Shown here piece after piece: positions 45,858 through 54,946 of a DNA stretch of 64,000 nt. Every line of letters starts with the position of its first letter. Position 1 is the stretch's first letter. The notes beneath the pieces were generated by a model that saw only the letters and a program-made list of their open reading frames with translations, was not told where the DNA came from and did no database searches. The stretch spans positions 12,292 through 76,291 of the forward strand of contig JBPOHQ010000007.1 of the NCBI GenBank assembly GCA_052035405.1, read 5' to 3'. This DNA is from Candidatus Nomurabacteria bacterium (lineage in GTDB: Bacteria > Patescibacteriota > Minisyncoccia > Phycocordibacterales > UBA9973). A program made the translations under genes and the position numbers.

Positions 45858-46727
45858 ATGATCAAAAAAATTATTTTATTTTTAGTTATACTGTTTTCTT
45901 TTTCTACAAATGCACATGCTGCATCTCTTTTTTTGGATTCACCAACAGATATTAAAAAAGACCAAATTTTTGAAGCTAATATAAAGTTAGACTCTATGGG
46001 AGAAGTGGTAAACTCTTTTTCTATTAGTTTAGCGTACCCAGTAGAATTGCTTACCTTCAATGGATATAAGGAGGATTCTACTGTGATAAAGATGTTTATA
46101 GAGAAGCCAAAGGTTGTTAATGGTAAAATTTCTTTTAGTGGTATTATTCCCGGTGGTATTTCTGGATTTTACGATCCCAATAAAAAAGATGTAAACACAC
46201 TACCAGTTATAACATTACTTTTTAAACCAAGGAATGCTGGTGAAGGAGTCTTCTCTTTTACAGACATACAAATACTTAAAAATGATGGTTTGGGTACTAG
46301 CTTGTCTACCCAAAGTTCTGATAAAAATATAAAGGTAAATTCTGTAGAAGAATCTATAAAAGAAGAAAAGGACAGCATAAAGCCTCTTCCTTTTAATATA
46401 CAGTTAATAGAAGCATCTAGCCTGTCAAATACTCCACTCATGCTGTATTTTAATACAAGGGATTTAGATTCTGGAATAAAAAATTATCAAATAAAAATTA
46501 ATAATACTGTTTGGATGAACGCAGAGAGTCCTTATGTCATCTCAAGAGGATTTTTTGCAAAAAACTTCACAGTTAGGGCTTTTGATCATGCTGGTAACTA
46601 CGAAGACGCTCATCTTCGTTTGGAGGGTAAATCGTTTGATTTTATTACCCTAATTATATTAGTATTAATCGTGTTTGTCTTATGTCTCTCTTATCTGTTA
46701 ATATGGAGAAATGGTAAATTCGATTAG
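45858..46727 (+). CDS. Cohesin-like domain protein, C-terminal transmembrane anchor
   Basis: Signal peptide; ~140-aa domain FSISLAYPVELLTF...LLFKPRNAGEGVFSFTDIQILKNDG fits the cohesin consensus; C-terminal transmembrane helix. Confidence 0.5.
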   Translation: MIKKIILFLVILFSFSTNAHAASLFLDSPTDIKKDQIFEANIKLDSMGEVVNSFSISLAYPVELLTFNGYKEDSTVIKMFIEKPKVVNGKISFSGIIPGGISGFYDPNKKDVNTLPVITLLFKPRNAGEGVFSFTDIQILKNDGLGTSLSTQSSDKNIKVNSVEESIKEEKDSIKPLPFNIQLIEASSLSNTPLMLYFNTRDLDSGIKNYQIKINNTVWMNAESPYVISRGFFAKNFTVRAFDHAGNYEDAHLRLEGKSFDFITLIILVLIVFVLCLSYLLIWRNGKFD

Positions 46728-47853
46728 AAATCTTAATATATTTATATTTATCGGAGTACTTTTGTTAAGTCCAAGTATTTCTTCTGCAGATAATTCTAGG
46801 TTGTTTTTTAGCAATCCTCCAAAACAAATAGAAGAAGGAGAGAGGGTTACTTTTGATATAAATATTGAATCCAAAACTCAATCCATAAATGCTATATCTG
46901 GTGTTGTATATTTTCCTTCTGAATTATTGCAAGTTGTATCTGTTTCTAAAGAAAAGAGTTTAATCAATTTTTGGACACATGAGCCAAAAGTTTTTAGAGA
47001 CAAAATATCTTTTGAAGGAGTCATTTTAAATCCTGGGTTTCAAGGGTCTAAGAGTAAAATTTTTAGTATTACCTTTGAAGCTAAAAATAAAGGTACAGCA
47101 AATCTAGGCTTTACTGAGGGTTCAGTCCTTGCAAATGATGGTATGGGTAGCAATGTTCTTACCTATCTAGATAGGGTGATTTTTAAAATAATAGGTGTAA
47201 CGTTAAAGCCTGATACCACTGTACCTCAGCTACCTAAAAAAGATTTAGCTGAAATACCTAAAATAAAAAAAATTGCAAAATTACCCATAATCACAGACTA
47301 TCCATCTTTTGTGAACTCAAAAGAAAAATTACATTTAGAAGGTGAAGGTGAACCAAATGCACTGACAAAAATCGTCTTTGAAGATGTGTCTGTAAAATCT
47401 ATTGGAGAGAGGTTTATGGAATTTGTGCAGACAGAAAAGAAAAAGTTAGACAGCGTATTGGTTAAAAATAATGAAGTTGGTAAATTTGATTACGTTAGTC
47501 CCTCTGATCTATTAGCTGGTGTTTATAACGCTACTCCCTTTTTAATAGAAGAAGAAACAAACACTGAAAAACCAGGTTTTGGTGTTCAACTTTTTGTGAA
47601 GGACAGTAAAATAGTTAATTACCTCATTGTAGCCATAAATGTACTTGGGTTACTTATTCCTATTGTTACATTATGTGTGATAGTATATTTCATACCATGG
47701 TATTCATGGAGAAAAATGAGGGTTCTGAAAAGGAAATTAGGATTAGAAGAAGAAAAAATAGAGCTTATAGGTATTGACTTAGAAAGACAGAGTAATCAAA
47801 GGGTGGACAGGAGTGTCTCTTTTAAAGAAGAAAATATATTAAAAAAAGAATAG
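46711..47853 (+). CDS. Cohesin-like domain protein 2, C-terminal transmembrane anchor (paralogue of 45858-46727)
   Basis: NAISGVVYFPSELLQV...ITFEAKNKGTANLGFTEGSVLANDG aligns with the preceding protein. Confidence 0.5.
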   Translation: MVNSIRNLNIFIFIGVLLLSPSISSADNSRLFFSNPPKQIEEGERVTFDINIESKTQSINAISGVVYFPSELLQVVSVSKEKSLINFWTHEPKVFRDKISFEGVILNPGFQGSKSKIFSITFEAKNKGTANLGFTEGSVLANDGMGSNVLTYLDRVIFKIIGVTLKPDTTVPQLPKKDLAEIPKIKKIAKLPIITDYPSFVNSKEKLHLEGEGEPNALTKIVFEDVSVKSIGERFMEFVQTEKKKLDSVLVKNNEVGKFDYVSPSDLLAGVYNATPFLIEEETNTEKPGFGVQLFVKDSKIVNYLIVAINVLGLLIPIVTLCVIVYFIPWYSWRKMRVLKRKLGLEEEKIELIGIDLERQSNQRVDRSVSFKEENILKKE

Positions 47854-47863
47854 TTGCATCTAA

Positions 47864-48715
47864 ATGAAAGATAAAATAATTTTAAAAATTATATATGTTT
47901 TTGCTTGTATCGGTTTTATTTTCGTATTGGTTTTTCTATTAATGCAATTTGGGTTACTTAATGTTCGTGGTTCTATTAAAGAGAGAAATCAATTTTTTGG
48001 ACAAGTAAAGAAAACAGACAATACAAACGGATGCTTGCATGCCCCAGAGACGCAAGATGAAGAAGTGCTGTGTGCTTGGGTTGATACCGCAGAATGGGAA
48101 GTGGTTCGCGAAGGTTTAAAAAAAGATGCATCTATAATACAAGACGTCTCGCAGAAAACTGGTGTGTCGGCTCGGATGATTGCCGCATCTGTTGTCCCTG
48201 AGCAGATAAGGTTCTTTACTTCTAATAGGGAAAGTTTTAAAAGATATTTTGAGCCTATGAAACTTTTAGGTTCAATGTCTCAGTTTTCTCTTGGTGTGTC
48301 TGGTATCAAACAAGAGACTGCGAATGATATAGAAAAATATGCAAATGACTCAACTTCACCGTTTTATCCTGGAGGAGGATTCGCAGAACTGCTTGTCTAT
48401 CCAAATGGTGTAAACCACGACACGGAACTTTACAATAGGCTTACTGATTCAAAAAACCACTATTATTCTTATCTTTATACTGCCATTTATTTAAAAGAGA
48501 TAGAAACACAATGGAAGAATGCTGGGTTTGAAGTAGGTGATAGGCCAGATGTTTTGGTTACACTCTTTAATCTTGGTTTTAAAGCATCCAATCCTAAACC
48601 AAATCCACAAGTTGCTGGGTCTCTAATCTATGTCGGAGGTAAAAATTATACTTTTGGAGTACTAGGTAGTTCATTCTATAATTTAAATGAACTTATAGAT
48701 ATATTTCCAAATTAA
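47864..48715 (+). CDS. Membrane-anchored hypothetical protein
   Basis: N-terminal transmembrane helix; no family recognised. Confidence 0.4.
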   Translation: MKDKIILKIIYVFACIGFIFVLVFLLMQFGLLNVRGSIKERNQFFGQVKKTDNTNGCLHAPETQDEEVLCAWVDTAEWEVVREGLKKDASIIQDVSQKTGVSARMIAASVVPEQIRFFTSNRESFKRYFEPMKLLGSMSQFSLGVSGIKQETANDIEKYANDSTSPFYPGGGFAELLVYPNGVNHDTELYNRLTDSKNHYYSYLYTAIYLKEIETQWKNAGFEVGDRPDVLVTLFNLGFKASNPKPNPQVAGSLIYVGGKNYTFGVLGSSFYNLNELIDIFPN

Positions 48716-48778
48716 TGACTTTTAATTTTAATTTTGTTATATTCTATCAATGTCATTATCTATAGGCATTGTATGAAC

Positions 48779-48869
48779 GCAACACGACATATACCCGATA
48801 AGGTTATTCCTTTCTATTTCACTATTAAATTACCACCGCCTTTAGTTAGAGGGGTGGACTATGGATTCA
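48779..48869 (+). repeat. Copy 1 of a ~91-bp direct repeat (caacacgacatatacccgat...ttcactattaaattaccac...tttagttagagg...tatggattca)
   Basis: About 90 % identical to 57851-57943 by eye, same orientation. Confidence 0.8.
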
Positions 48870-48893
48870 ATTCAGTTGCAAAATAAGGGTGTT

Positions 48894-49838
48894 CTAAAAT
48901 TTTAATTTATAATTAAATATAAATTTATTACTAGAATATTTTATCTCACCACCTATAGGTATAATATTTATCGGGTGAGTGTGTCCAAAATCTACATTTG
49001 CCACAATAGGAATATTTTTTAATGCCATTTTATTTGCAATAATACTCTCCAGATCTTCTTTATTTATATTTGAATCTGTATCAAATCGGCCAATGACCAA
49101 AGCTTTGATCTTGTTAAAGTTGGGTTGTAAGGTTAATGTCTCTAACTGTCTATCAAACTCTCCCTTATCATCCAATGAATAGTGATCCCACTCAATAAAT
49201 AAAACTTTATCAGTTAAGTTTGGAAAAAATTCCGTACCGAACAAAAGACTAAAGCTAGGTAAATTTCCACCCACAGCAATTCCTGAAAAGTCACCTGGAT
49301 TAATGCTCCATAAACCTGAATTATCAATAATTTCTCTTTTTTCTCCAAACAATGCGCCGTAATACTTATCACTTACCTTAGCTTCATAAGATTCTTCTTG
49401 TTTTAAGGCAGCAGATAGACTGTCGGTGGTATTTGGTAAAAGAAGTGATGAACACAACCATCTGTAATTTATTCCCAGATATGATGTTAAACCGGTTTTA
49501 GTAAATATAGCATTACAAAGAACTGTAACATCTGAAGCGCCAAAAAAAGGCTTAGGATTGTTTTTAACTAGATCCCAATTTATATTAGAAAGTATTTGAT
49601 TTGAATTCGTCCCCCCATGATAGGCCATTATTAAATTCACCTCCTTATCTGACCATGCATCATTCCAGTCAGAGATTCGTTTTTCTATTGTTGTAGACAC
49701 CCCTTCTATTCCTTCTACATTTTTCCCGTACAAAACATTAAAACCCTCATTGTTAAGGAGACCTTCTGCAATATTTAATGTATTTTTGTGTCTCTCAAGC
49801 AAGGGGCTACTTGGAGCAATAATTTTTATGTTTTTCAT
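48894..49838 (-). CDS. LD-carboxypeptidase (peptidase S66, MccF/LdcA family)
   Basis: IIAPSSP, IMAYHGGTNSNQIL and PKPFFGASDVTVL motifs. Confidence 0.65.
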   Translation of the reverse strand: MKNIKIIAPSSPLLERHKNTLNIAEGLLNNEGFNVLYGKNVEGIEGVSTTIEKRISDWNDAWSDKEVNLIMAYHGGTNSNQILSNINWDLVKNNPKPFFGASDVTVLCNAIFTKTGLTSYLGINYRWLCSSLLLPNTTDSLSAALKQEESYEAKVSDKYYGALFGEKREIIDNSGLWSINPGDFSGIAVGGNLPSFSLLFGTEFFPNLTDKVLFIEWDHYSLDDKGEFDRQLETLTLQPNFNKIKALVIGRFDTDSNINKEDLESIIANKMALKNIPIVANVDFGHTHPINIIPIGGEIKYSSNKFIFNYKLKF

Positions 49839-49933
49839 TGTCTTATATAGCCATAGAATACCACTTTACACCATTTTTACAAGGCATGAATTTGAGTTGA
49901 CAACCTTAGTAATAAGGGTAACATGAGGTTTAT

Positions 49934-50953
49934 ATGAATAAAAACTCAAAATGGGCAGTAATAATATTATCATTAATTGCATTAATAGCTGTGTCAGGAT
50001 TCTTGTTCTCTGGTATAAAAACAAAAGAAAATACTCAGGTAGAGTCTCCTGAAATAAGAATAGGATGGCAAACACCCTGGGCCACCCAAGGACAATTGGT
50101 TCAAGTCTTGAAACACACCCAAATTTTAGAGAAACATAATGTAAGAGCTGATTTTAAAGGATTTACTTATGGTGGGCCACTAAACGAAGCCGCACTTGCA
50201 GGAGAAGTCGACATGATTCTAACCGCTGATCAACCAGCTGCAACATTACTATCAAAGAATGAAAATTGGACTATCATTGGAAGACTTATGTACAACAGGG
50301 TTTCTTTGTATGTGCCCCCAATGTCTCCAATACAAAATGTTTCAGATTTGAAAAATAAAACTGTAGCCATGCCTTTCGGAGCTGCCGCACAAAGAATGGC
50401 ATTAAAAGCAGAGGAAGATGCGGGTCTTAACCCAAACACAGATGTGAAGAATATTAATTTGGGTATCTATGAACAGTCTGATCTTATTCGTGATCCCAAT
50501 GCAAAGAAATGGGGCGATATAGATGCCATGGCAGGATTTGATCCACTTCCAGCGATTTTTGAAGAAAAGGGGTTAACCAGGAATTTAGGTGTTGGCAAGA
50601 TTGTATCTGTGATCCTAGTAAACAATTCAGTTTTGGAGAACAATCCTGAAGTCGTAACAAATTTCCTGAGTGCTTTTACTGATGCATATGATTATTATAG
50701 AACTAATGTTCAAGAAGCAGATGCTTGGTTTGTAGAAGAATCAGGTTTAGATATTACCCCTAAGGCGCTGGAAATCTCAGCAAGCCTTGAGCCAAATCTA
50801 AAAGTTAACAGTAAAGATGAAATAAGGATTGATTTTAATGATGAAGATTTTGCCATCATGCAGGAAGCAGCTGATTTTATCTTTAACCAAGGTCTAGTTG
50901 ATAAAAAGGTAGAGATGAAAAATTTTGTTAACACGACATATATCAAAAAATAA
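49934..50953 (+). CDS. ABC transporter substrate-binding protein (NMT1/SsuA/TauA family)
   Basis: N-terminal anchor; IRIGWQTPWATQGQL...LTADQPAA. Confidence 0.65.
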   Translation: MNKNSKWAVIILSLIALIAVSGFLFSGIKTKENTQVESPEIRIGWQTPWATQGQLVQVLKHTQILEKHNVRADFKGFTYGGPLNEAALAGEVDMILTADQPAATLLSKNENWTIIGRLMYNRVSLYVPPMSPIQNVSDLKNKTVAMPFGAAAQRMALKAEEDAGLNPNTDVKNINLGIYEQSDLIRDPNAKKWGDIDAMAGFDPLPAIFEEKGLTRNLGVGKIVSVILVNNSVLENNPEVVTNFLSAFTDAYDYYRTNVQEADAWFVEESGLDITPKALEISASLEPNLKVNSKDEIRIDFNDEDFAIMQEAADFIFNQGLVDKKVEMKNFVNTTYIKK

Positions 50954-50959
50954 AACTCT

Positions 50960-52096
50960 ATGAAAAAAAATCTTATATTAATATCACTTGATACTTTAAG
51001 AGCAGATGTCGGATATAGTGGCAGATTCCCAACAATAGAGAATCTTCGGAAAAAATCAGTTTCTTTTCTGAATACAATCTCATCTGCCCCAATCACACCC
51101 ATCAGTCACGCTAGTGTGTTTACTGGATTACAGCCTTACAATCATGGAGTAAGACATTTGTTTAAGGAAAAACTAAACCTTAAACACAAAACTCTTGCTG
51201 AGTTATTAAAGAAGCAAGGTTACGACACCGCAGCCATTGTATCCTGCCCTGGGATGAATAAATGGTATGGATTATCAAAAGGTTTTGATTATTACAACGA
51301 TGAAATTCCGAGACTTCCAGATGGCACAGACCCACTAAAGACCGTAGATGTTAAAAAGAGAGGTTCTGCTTTAAAAAGAGCTGACGTCGTAGTCGACAAG
51401 GCCAAAGAATGGTTTTCTAAAAGGAAGTCAAAAAAACCTTTCTTCCTGTTTCTTCACTTTTTCGACACACATTGGCCATATGAAGCACCTGAAATATACG
51501 GTGGAAATAATATTTACGAACAAGAAGTAGCTTATGCTGATTATCACCTAGGAAAGTTTCTTGAGTATGTAAAGAGTGTGGTGAATCTAGACGACACAAC
51601 AATTGTATGTTTTTCTGATCACGGTGAAGATTTAGAAGGATTGTATCCAAACGACAAAGGAGGTAAAAAACTTGGACATCCTGAAGAATCTGGTCATGGT
51701 TGTTTGCTCTATGACCAAACTCAAAAAGTGATGCTAACTTTTAGTGATAAAAGTTTACCTAAAAATAAAGCTTTAAATAATCAAGTTCGACTGATTGACC
51801 TCACGCCAACTGTCTTGGATTTATTAGGAGTAAAAACTAGTTCAATTAAATTTGATGGTGTTTCTTTGCTTCCGGTCATCAAAGACAAGAAAAATATTAC
51901 ACCTGTGGCATATTCAGAAACCTTTTACCCAGAGGAGCAAAATCAATCTACAAATAATAAGTATCCAAATGCAAAGAATAAAAAATCTATTAGGATAGAC
52001 AACAAATATAAAGTCATCTTTAATCTAGAGAGTGACTTAATAGAGGTCTATGATCTAGAAAAGGATCCGAACGAGCAAAATAATCTTTTTCTGTAA
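50960..52096 (+). CDS. Alkaline-phosphatase-superfamily enzyme, NPP/type-I phosphodiesterase-like
   Basis: ILISLDTLRADV...SAPITPISHASVFTGLQPYNHGV resembles NPP (Thr-nucleophile region TFPNHYSIVTGLYPESHGI). Confidence 0.55.
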   Translation: MKKNLILISLDTLRADVGYSGRFPTIENLRKKSVSFLNTISSAPITPISHASVFTGLQPYNHGVRHLFKEKLNLKHKTLAELLKKQGYDTAAIVSCPGMNKWYGLSKGFDYYNDEIPRLPDGTDPLKTVDVKKRGSALKRADVVVDKAKEWFSKRKSKKPFFLFLHFFDTHWPYEAPEIYGGNNIYEQEVAYADYHLGKFLEYVKSVVNLDDTTIVCFSDHGEDLEGLYPNDKGGKKLGHPEESGHGCLLYDQTQKVMLTFSDKSLPKNKALNNQVRLIDLTPTVLDLLGVKTSSIKFDGVSLLPVIKDKKNITPVAYSETFYPEEQNQSTNNKYPNAKNKKSIRIDNKYKVIFNLESDLIEVYDLEKDPNEQNNLFL

Positions 52097-52108
52097 TTAT
52101 TTAAAGTA

Positions 52109-53452
52109 ATGTTGGATCAGAATAAATTTTGCAATACTGAAGATCTGGTTAAAGCTGTTCAGGAGATGAGCGGGCGCGCAAAGGCGGCGAATTGCGAAAT
52201 TATTTATTTCATAGAGTCCGGTGGCCTCATGCTTAAAGACATATTCATGTCGCTTAAAGACAGGAGTGGTTTCAATGCTTCTGGTGTTGTATCTAGCAAG
52301 GTTACAGCACTAACTAAAATTCCATTGAGTTATCAAATAAAAGGTCTGTTAACTGAAGAAGAAATTAACTCAAAAATTAGCATCAATCAGATAGAAAAAA
52401 TAAGAGAAGTTATTCAGGTAAGTAAGTTTAATAACAAGGAAGATATTGTTAAATTATTCACCAGTGACCATGTCCCAGAAAAATCCCTAGGCGTTATTAT
52501 AGACACATTAACCATGTTAGGCGAAGTGTCCCCAGTAATAGAAAACAATAATAATACATTTTTTAAAGACGACACAAAGTTTATCCAGACAAAGGAAAAA
52601 TTGCTGAGTGAACGTATTAAAGCGCTTCCAAATATAAGACATGATATTCGCCCTATACTGAATATTCTTTTAGAAAATACATCTTTTGCTAAAAAGATTA
52701 GTGGGAAGAAAATTTATGTAATAGACGAAGCAACTAGCAGAGGTCGGGCTCTGTGGTCCATTGAAATAATACTAAAGGCTTTTTGCTCTAGCGCGGTCTG
52801 GAAGATTGGGGTTATTTACAGCACAGCACCAGTCAAATCAAGTGAATACATTGACTATATTTTCAGTAGCACTAAACCACCACTACTAACAAACCGTCCA
52901 GATGTATTGGGTGTTATAGTGGCAAAAGATGAACAAGTTGGATTCAAAAGGAATGAAATTAATGGTCTACTAAACCATCTGGCTTATGCGGAGTTTGATC
53001 ATTTGTCATATGATACAAATCTACAAATCATTCACAAAAAAATTGAATCCATATCGACTAAATTTCAAATATCCTCTTCTTTGTCGACAGATCAAAAACT
53101 AAAACTAATAAACTTTTGGATAAATTGTAATGTTAAAGAGCACTTTGAAGAATGTTTGAATCTGAACCTAGTAAGTTGTACTGGAATAATTGAACAAACA
53201 TCATTTTATTTATGCGCACCGAATCCTTTTGCAGACATTAAAGAAAGAGAATCCTTTAAGAAGGAGTCGCACAACTTCCTAGATAAACTACTAGAAATTT
53301 ATAATGATCCAGAATATTCAGATGAATTTAATAGCATTAAGGAAAAACTAATTCAGGCCAAAAAGTCGATAAATTTAAAAGAGTTAACAGATTGGCAAAA
53401 CAATAGGAACAATTTCCTGAAAGAAATCAATCAATTTATTAGCGTGATATAA
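52109..53452 (+). CDS. Hypothetical protein (447 aa)
   Basis: ORF; GC-rich 5' patch; weak PRTase-like IYVIDEATSRGRAL. Confidence 0.35.
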   Translation: MLDQNKFCNTEDLVKAVQEMSGRAKAANCEIIYFIESGGLMLKDIFMSLKDRSGFNASGVVSSKVTALTKIPLSYQIKGLLTEEEINSKISINQIEKIREVIQVSKFNNKEDIVKLFTSDHVPEKSLGVIIDTLTMLGEVSPVIENNNNTFFKDDTKFIQTKEKLLSERIKALPNIRHDIRPILNILLENTSFAKKISGKKIYVIDEATSRGRALWSIEIILKAFCSSAVWKIGVIYSTAPVKSSEYIDYIFSSTKPPLLTNRPDVLGVIVAKDEQVGFKRNEINGLLNHLAYAEFDHLSYDTNLQIIHKKIESISTKFQISSSLSTDQKLKLINFWINCNVKEHFEECLNLNLVSCTGIIEQTSFYLCAPNPFADIKERESFKKESHNFLDKLLEIYNDPEYSDEFNSIKEKLIQAKKSINLKELTDWQNNRNNFLKEINQFISVI

Positions 53453-53454
53453 TA

Positions 53455-54867
53455 ATGATTATGAAAAAAGAAAACAAGTATGACCATATAATCCTCGTTT
53501 CATTAGACACACTTAGAAACGACTGTATTACAGCAAACAAAGAAAATTTTGTTAAAAAGATGTTGGGTAAAAAAGCCTTTAAGACGGAAAAAATAGACCA
53601 ACTCATTAAAAAAGGAGTTTACTTTAGAAACTGCATTTCGGCAGCTCCGTATACTTCTGCTTCTCATACCGCTTACTTCACCGGCGTGTGGCCAAACCAA
53701 AATGGTGTATATGAATTTTTTAATAGAAAAATCGCTCGACCAACTATTTTTAAACTGGCAAAAGAAAGCGGTTTCCACACCATATTTCAGACAGACTTTC
53801 CTATCATTCTAGGAGAAAGTCTAGGGTTTACTGATGGTGTAGATGATTATTTTATTGAAGACGAAAAAAGTGCTTTTAAAAAACTACAGACAGCATCAAA
53901 AAACAAAAAAACAGTATCATTCTTTCATTTTGGGGGGATACACTATCCATATGGTTTCCATAAGATAAAATTTGCTAAAAAGGATTTCCCAAACAAGGTT
54001 AAGGCGTTAGAAAAAAAATATGGACTAAAACCAAACACTGATGCACCAGACATGCTGGATGAAAGTTTTCGTGACGATAGAGATAAAGAATATTTACTCA
54101 GATATAAATCTATTGTTGACTATCTGCACTCCGAATCTAAATATGAAGATTTGCTACAGCTCTATCTTGAGGGATTGGATTATTTTTTGAAAAATAGATT
54201 CAATTCTTTTTTTGATAAATTAATTAACTTTGTTGATAAAAATAACGCCCTACTTGTTGTATTTGCGGATCACGGTGAGAACTGGAACGAAAATTCACGA
54301 GGACATTCTAATTCGGTGGATGATGAGGTGTTAAGAGTTCCATTAATATTCTATGGTAAAAATATTCCAAAAAATAAAAAGATAGCTGAACTTGTCAGAA
54401 CGATAGATGTTATACCTACGGTATGTGAATATACAGACATAAAGAAGGTTGGATTTAGTGGTAAACCAATAGATCTGCAAAACATTAAATCTTTTAAATC
54501 GAAGCGAGATGCTTATTCACAAGTATGGAGAGTTGGAGACAAGCGCAAAATATATGAATTTCAACAGAAGATTTTAAAAAATAAAAAAATGTATAGTCCA
54601 TTAAAAACTAAACTAGAGAAAGAGTCAGTGTATGCTAATGAATACTCCTTAAAACGTAAATATCTTGAAAATGGCAAAATAGAGGAAGTCTTGTTTAAAA
54701 ATACAGGAGAAAAAATTGAACCAATGAAAGCGAACGAAAAAATCTCTTCAAAATTAAGAAAGCTTCTGTCGGAATACAATAAAAAAAATAAATTTGTTGG
54801 TGAAAAAATAGATGAGATTCCTACAGAGATTGCCAATGGATTAAAATCTATGGGTTATAATGTCTAG
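53455..54867 (+). CDS. Second alkaline-phosphatase-superfamily / NPP-like phosphodiesterase
   Basis: IILVSLDTLRNDC...SAAPYTSASHTAYFTGVWPNQNGV. Confidence 0.55.
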   Translation: MIMKKENKYDHIILVSLDTLRNDCITANKENFVKKMLGKKAFKTEKIDQLIKKGVYFRNCISAAPYTSASHTAYFTGVWPNQNGVYEFFNRKIARPTIFKLAKESGFHTIFQTDFPIILGESLGFTDGVDDYFIEDEKSAFKKLQTASKNKKTVSFFHFGGIHYPYGFHKIKFAKKDFPNKVKALEKKYGLKPNTDAPDMLDESFRDDRDKEYLLRYKSIVDYLHSESKYEDLLQLYLEGLDYFLKNRFNSFFDKLINFVDKNNALLVVFADHGENWNENSRGHSNSVDDEVLRVPLIFYGKNIPKNKKIAELVRTIDVIPTVCEYTDIKKVGFSGKPIDLQNIKSFKSKRDAYSQVWRVGDKRKIYEFQQKILKNKKMYSPLKTKLEKESVYANEYSLKRKYLENGKIEEVLFKNTGEKIEPMKANEKISSKLRKLLSEYNKKNKFVGEKIDEIPTEIANGLKSMGYNV

Positions 54868-54946
54868 CTAGACTTTTTTGACATAGCTCACTTTTAGTTA
54901 TATAACTAGTAAAAATAACTAGTTCACTCAAAATTAAATAAATAAG

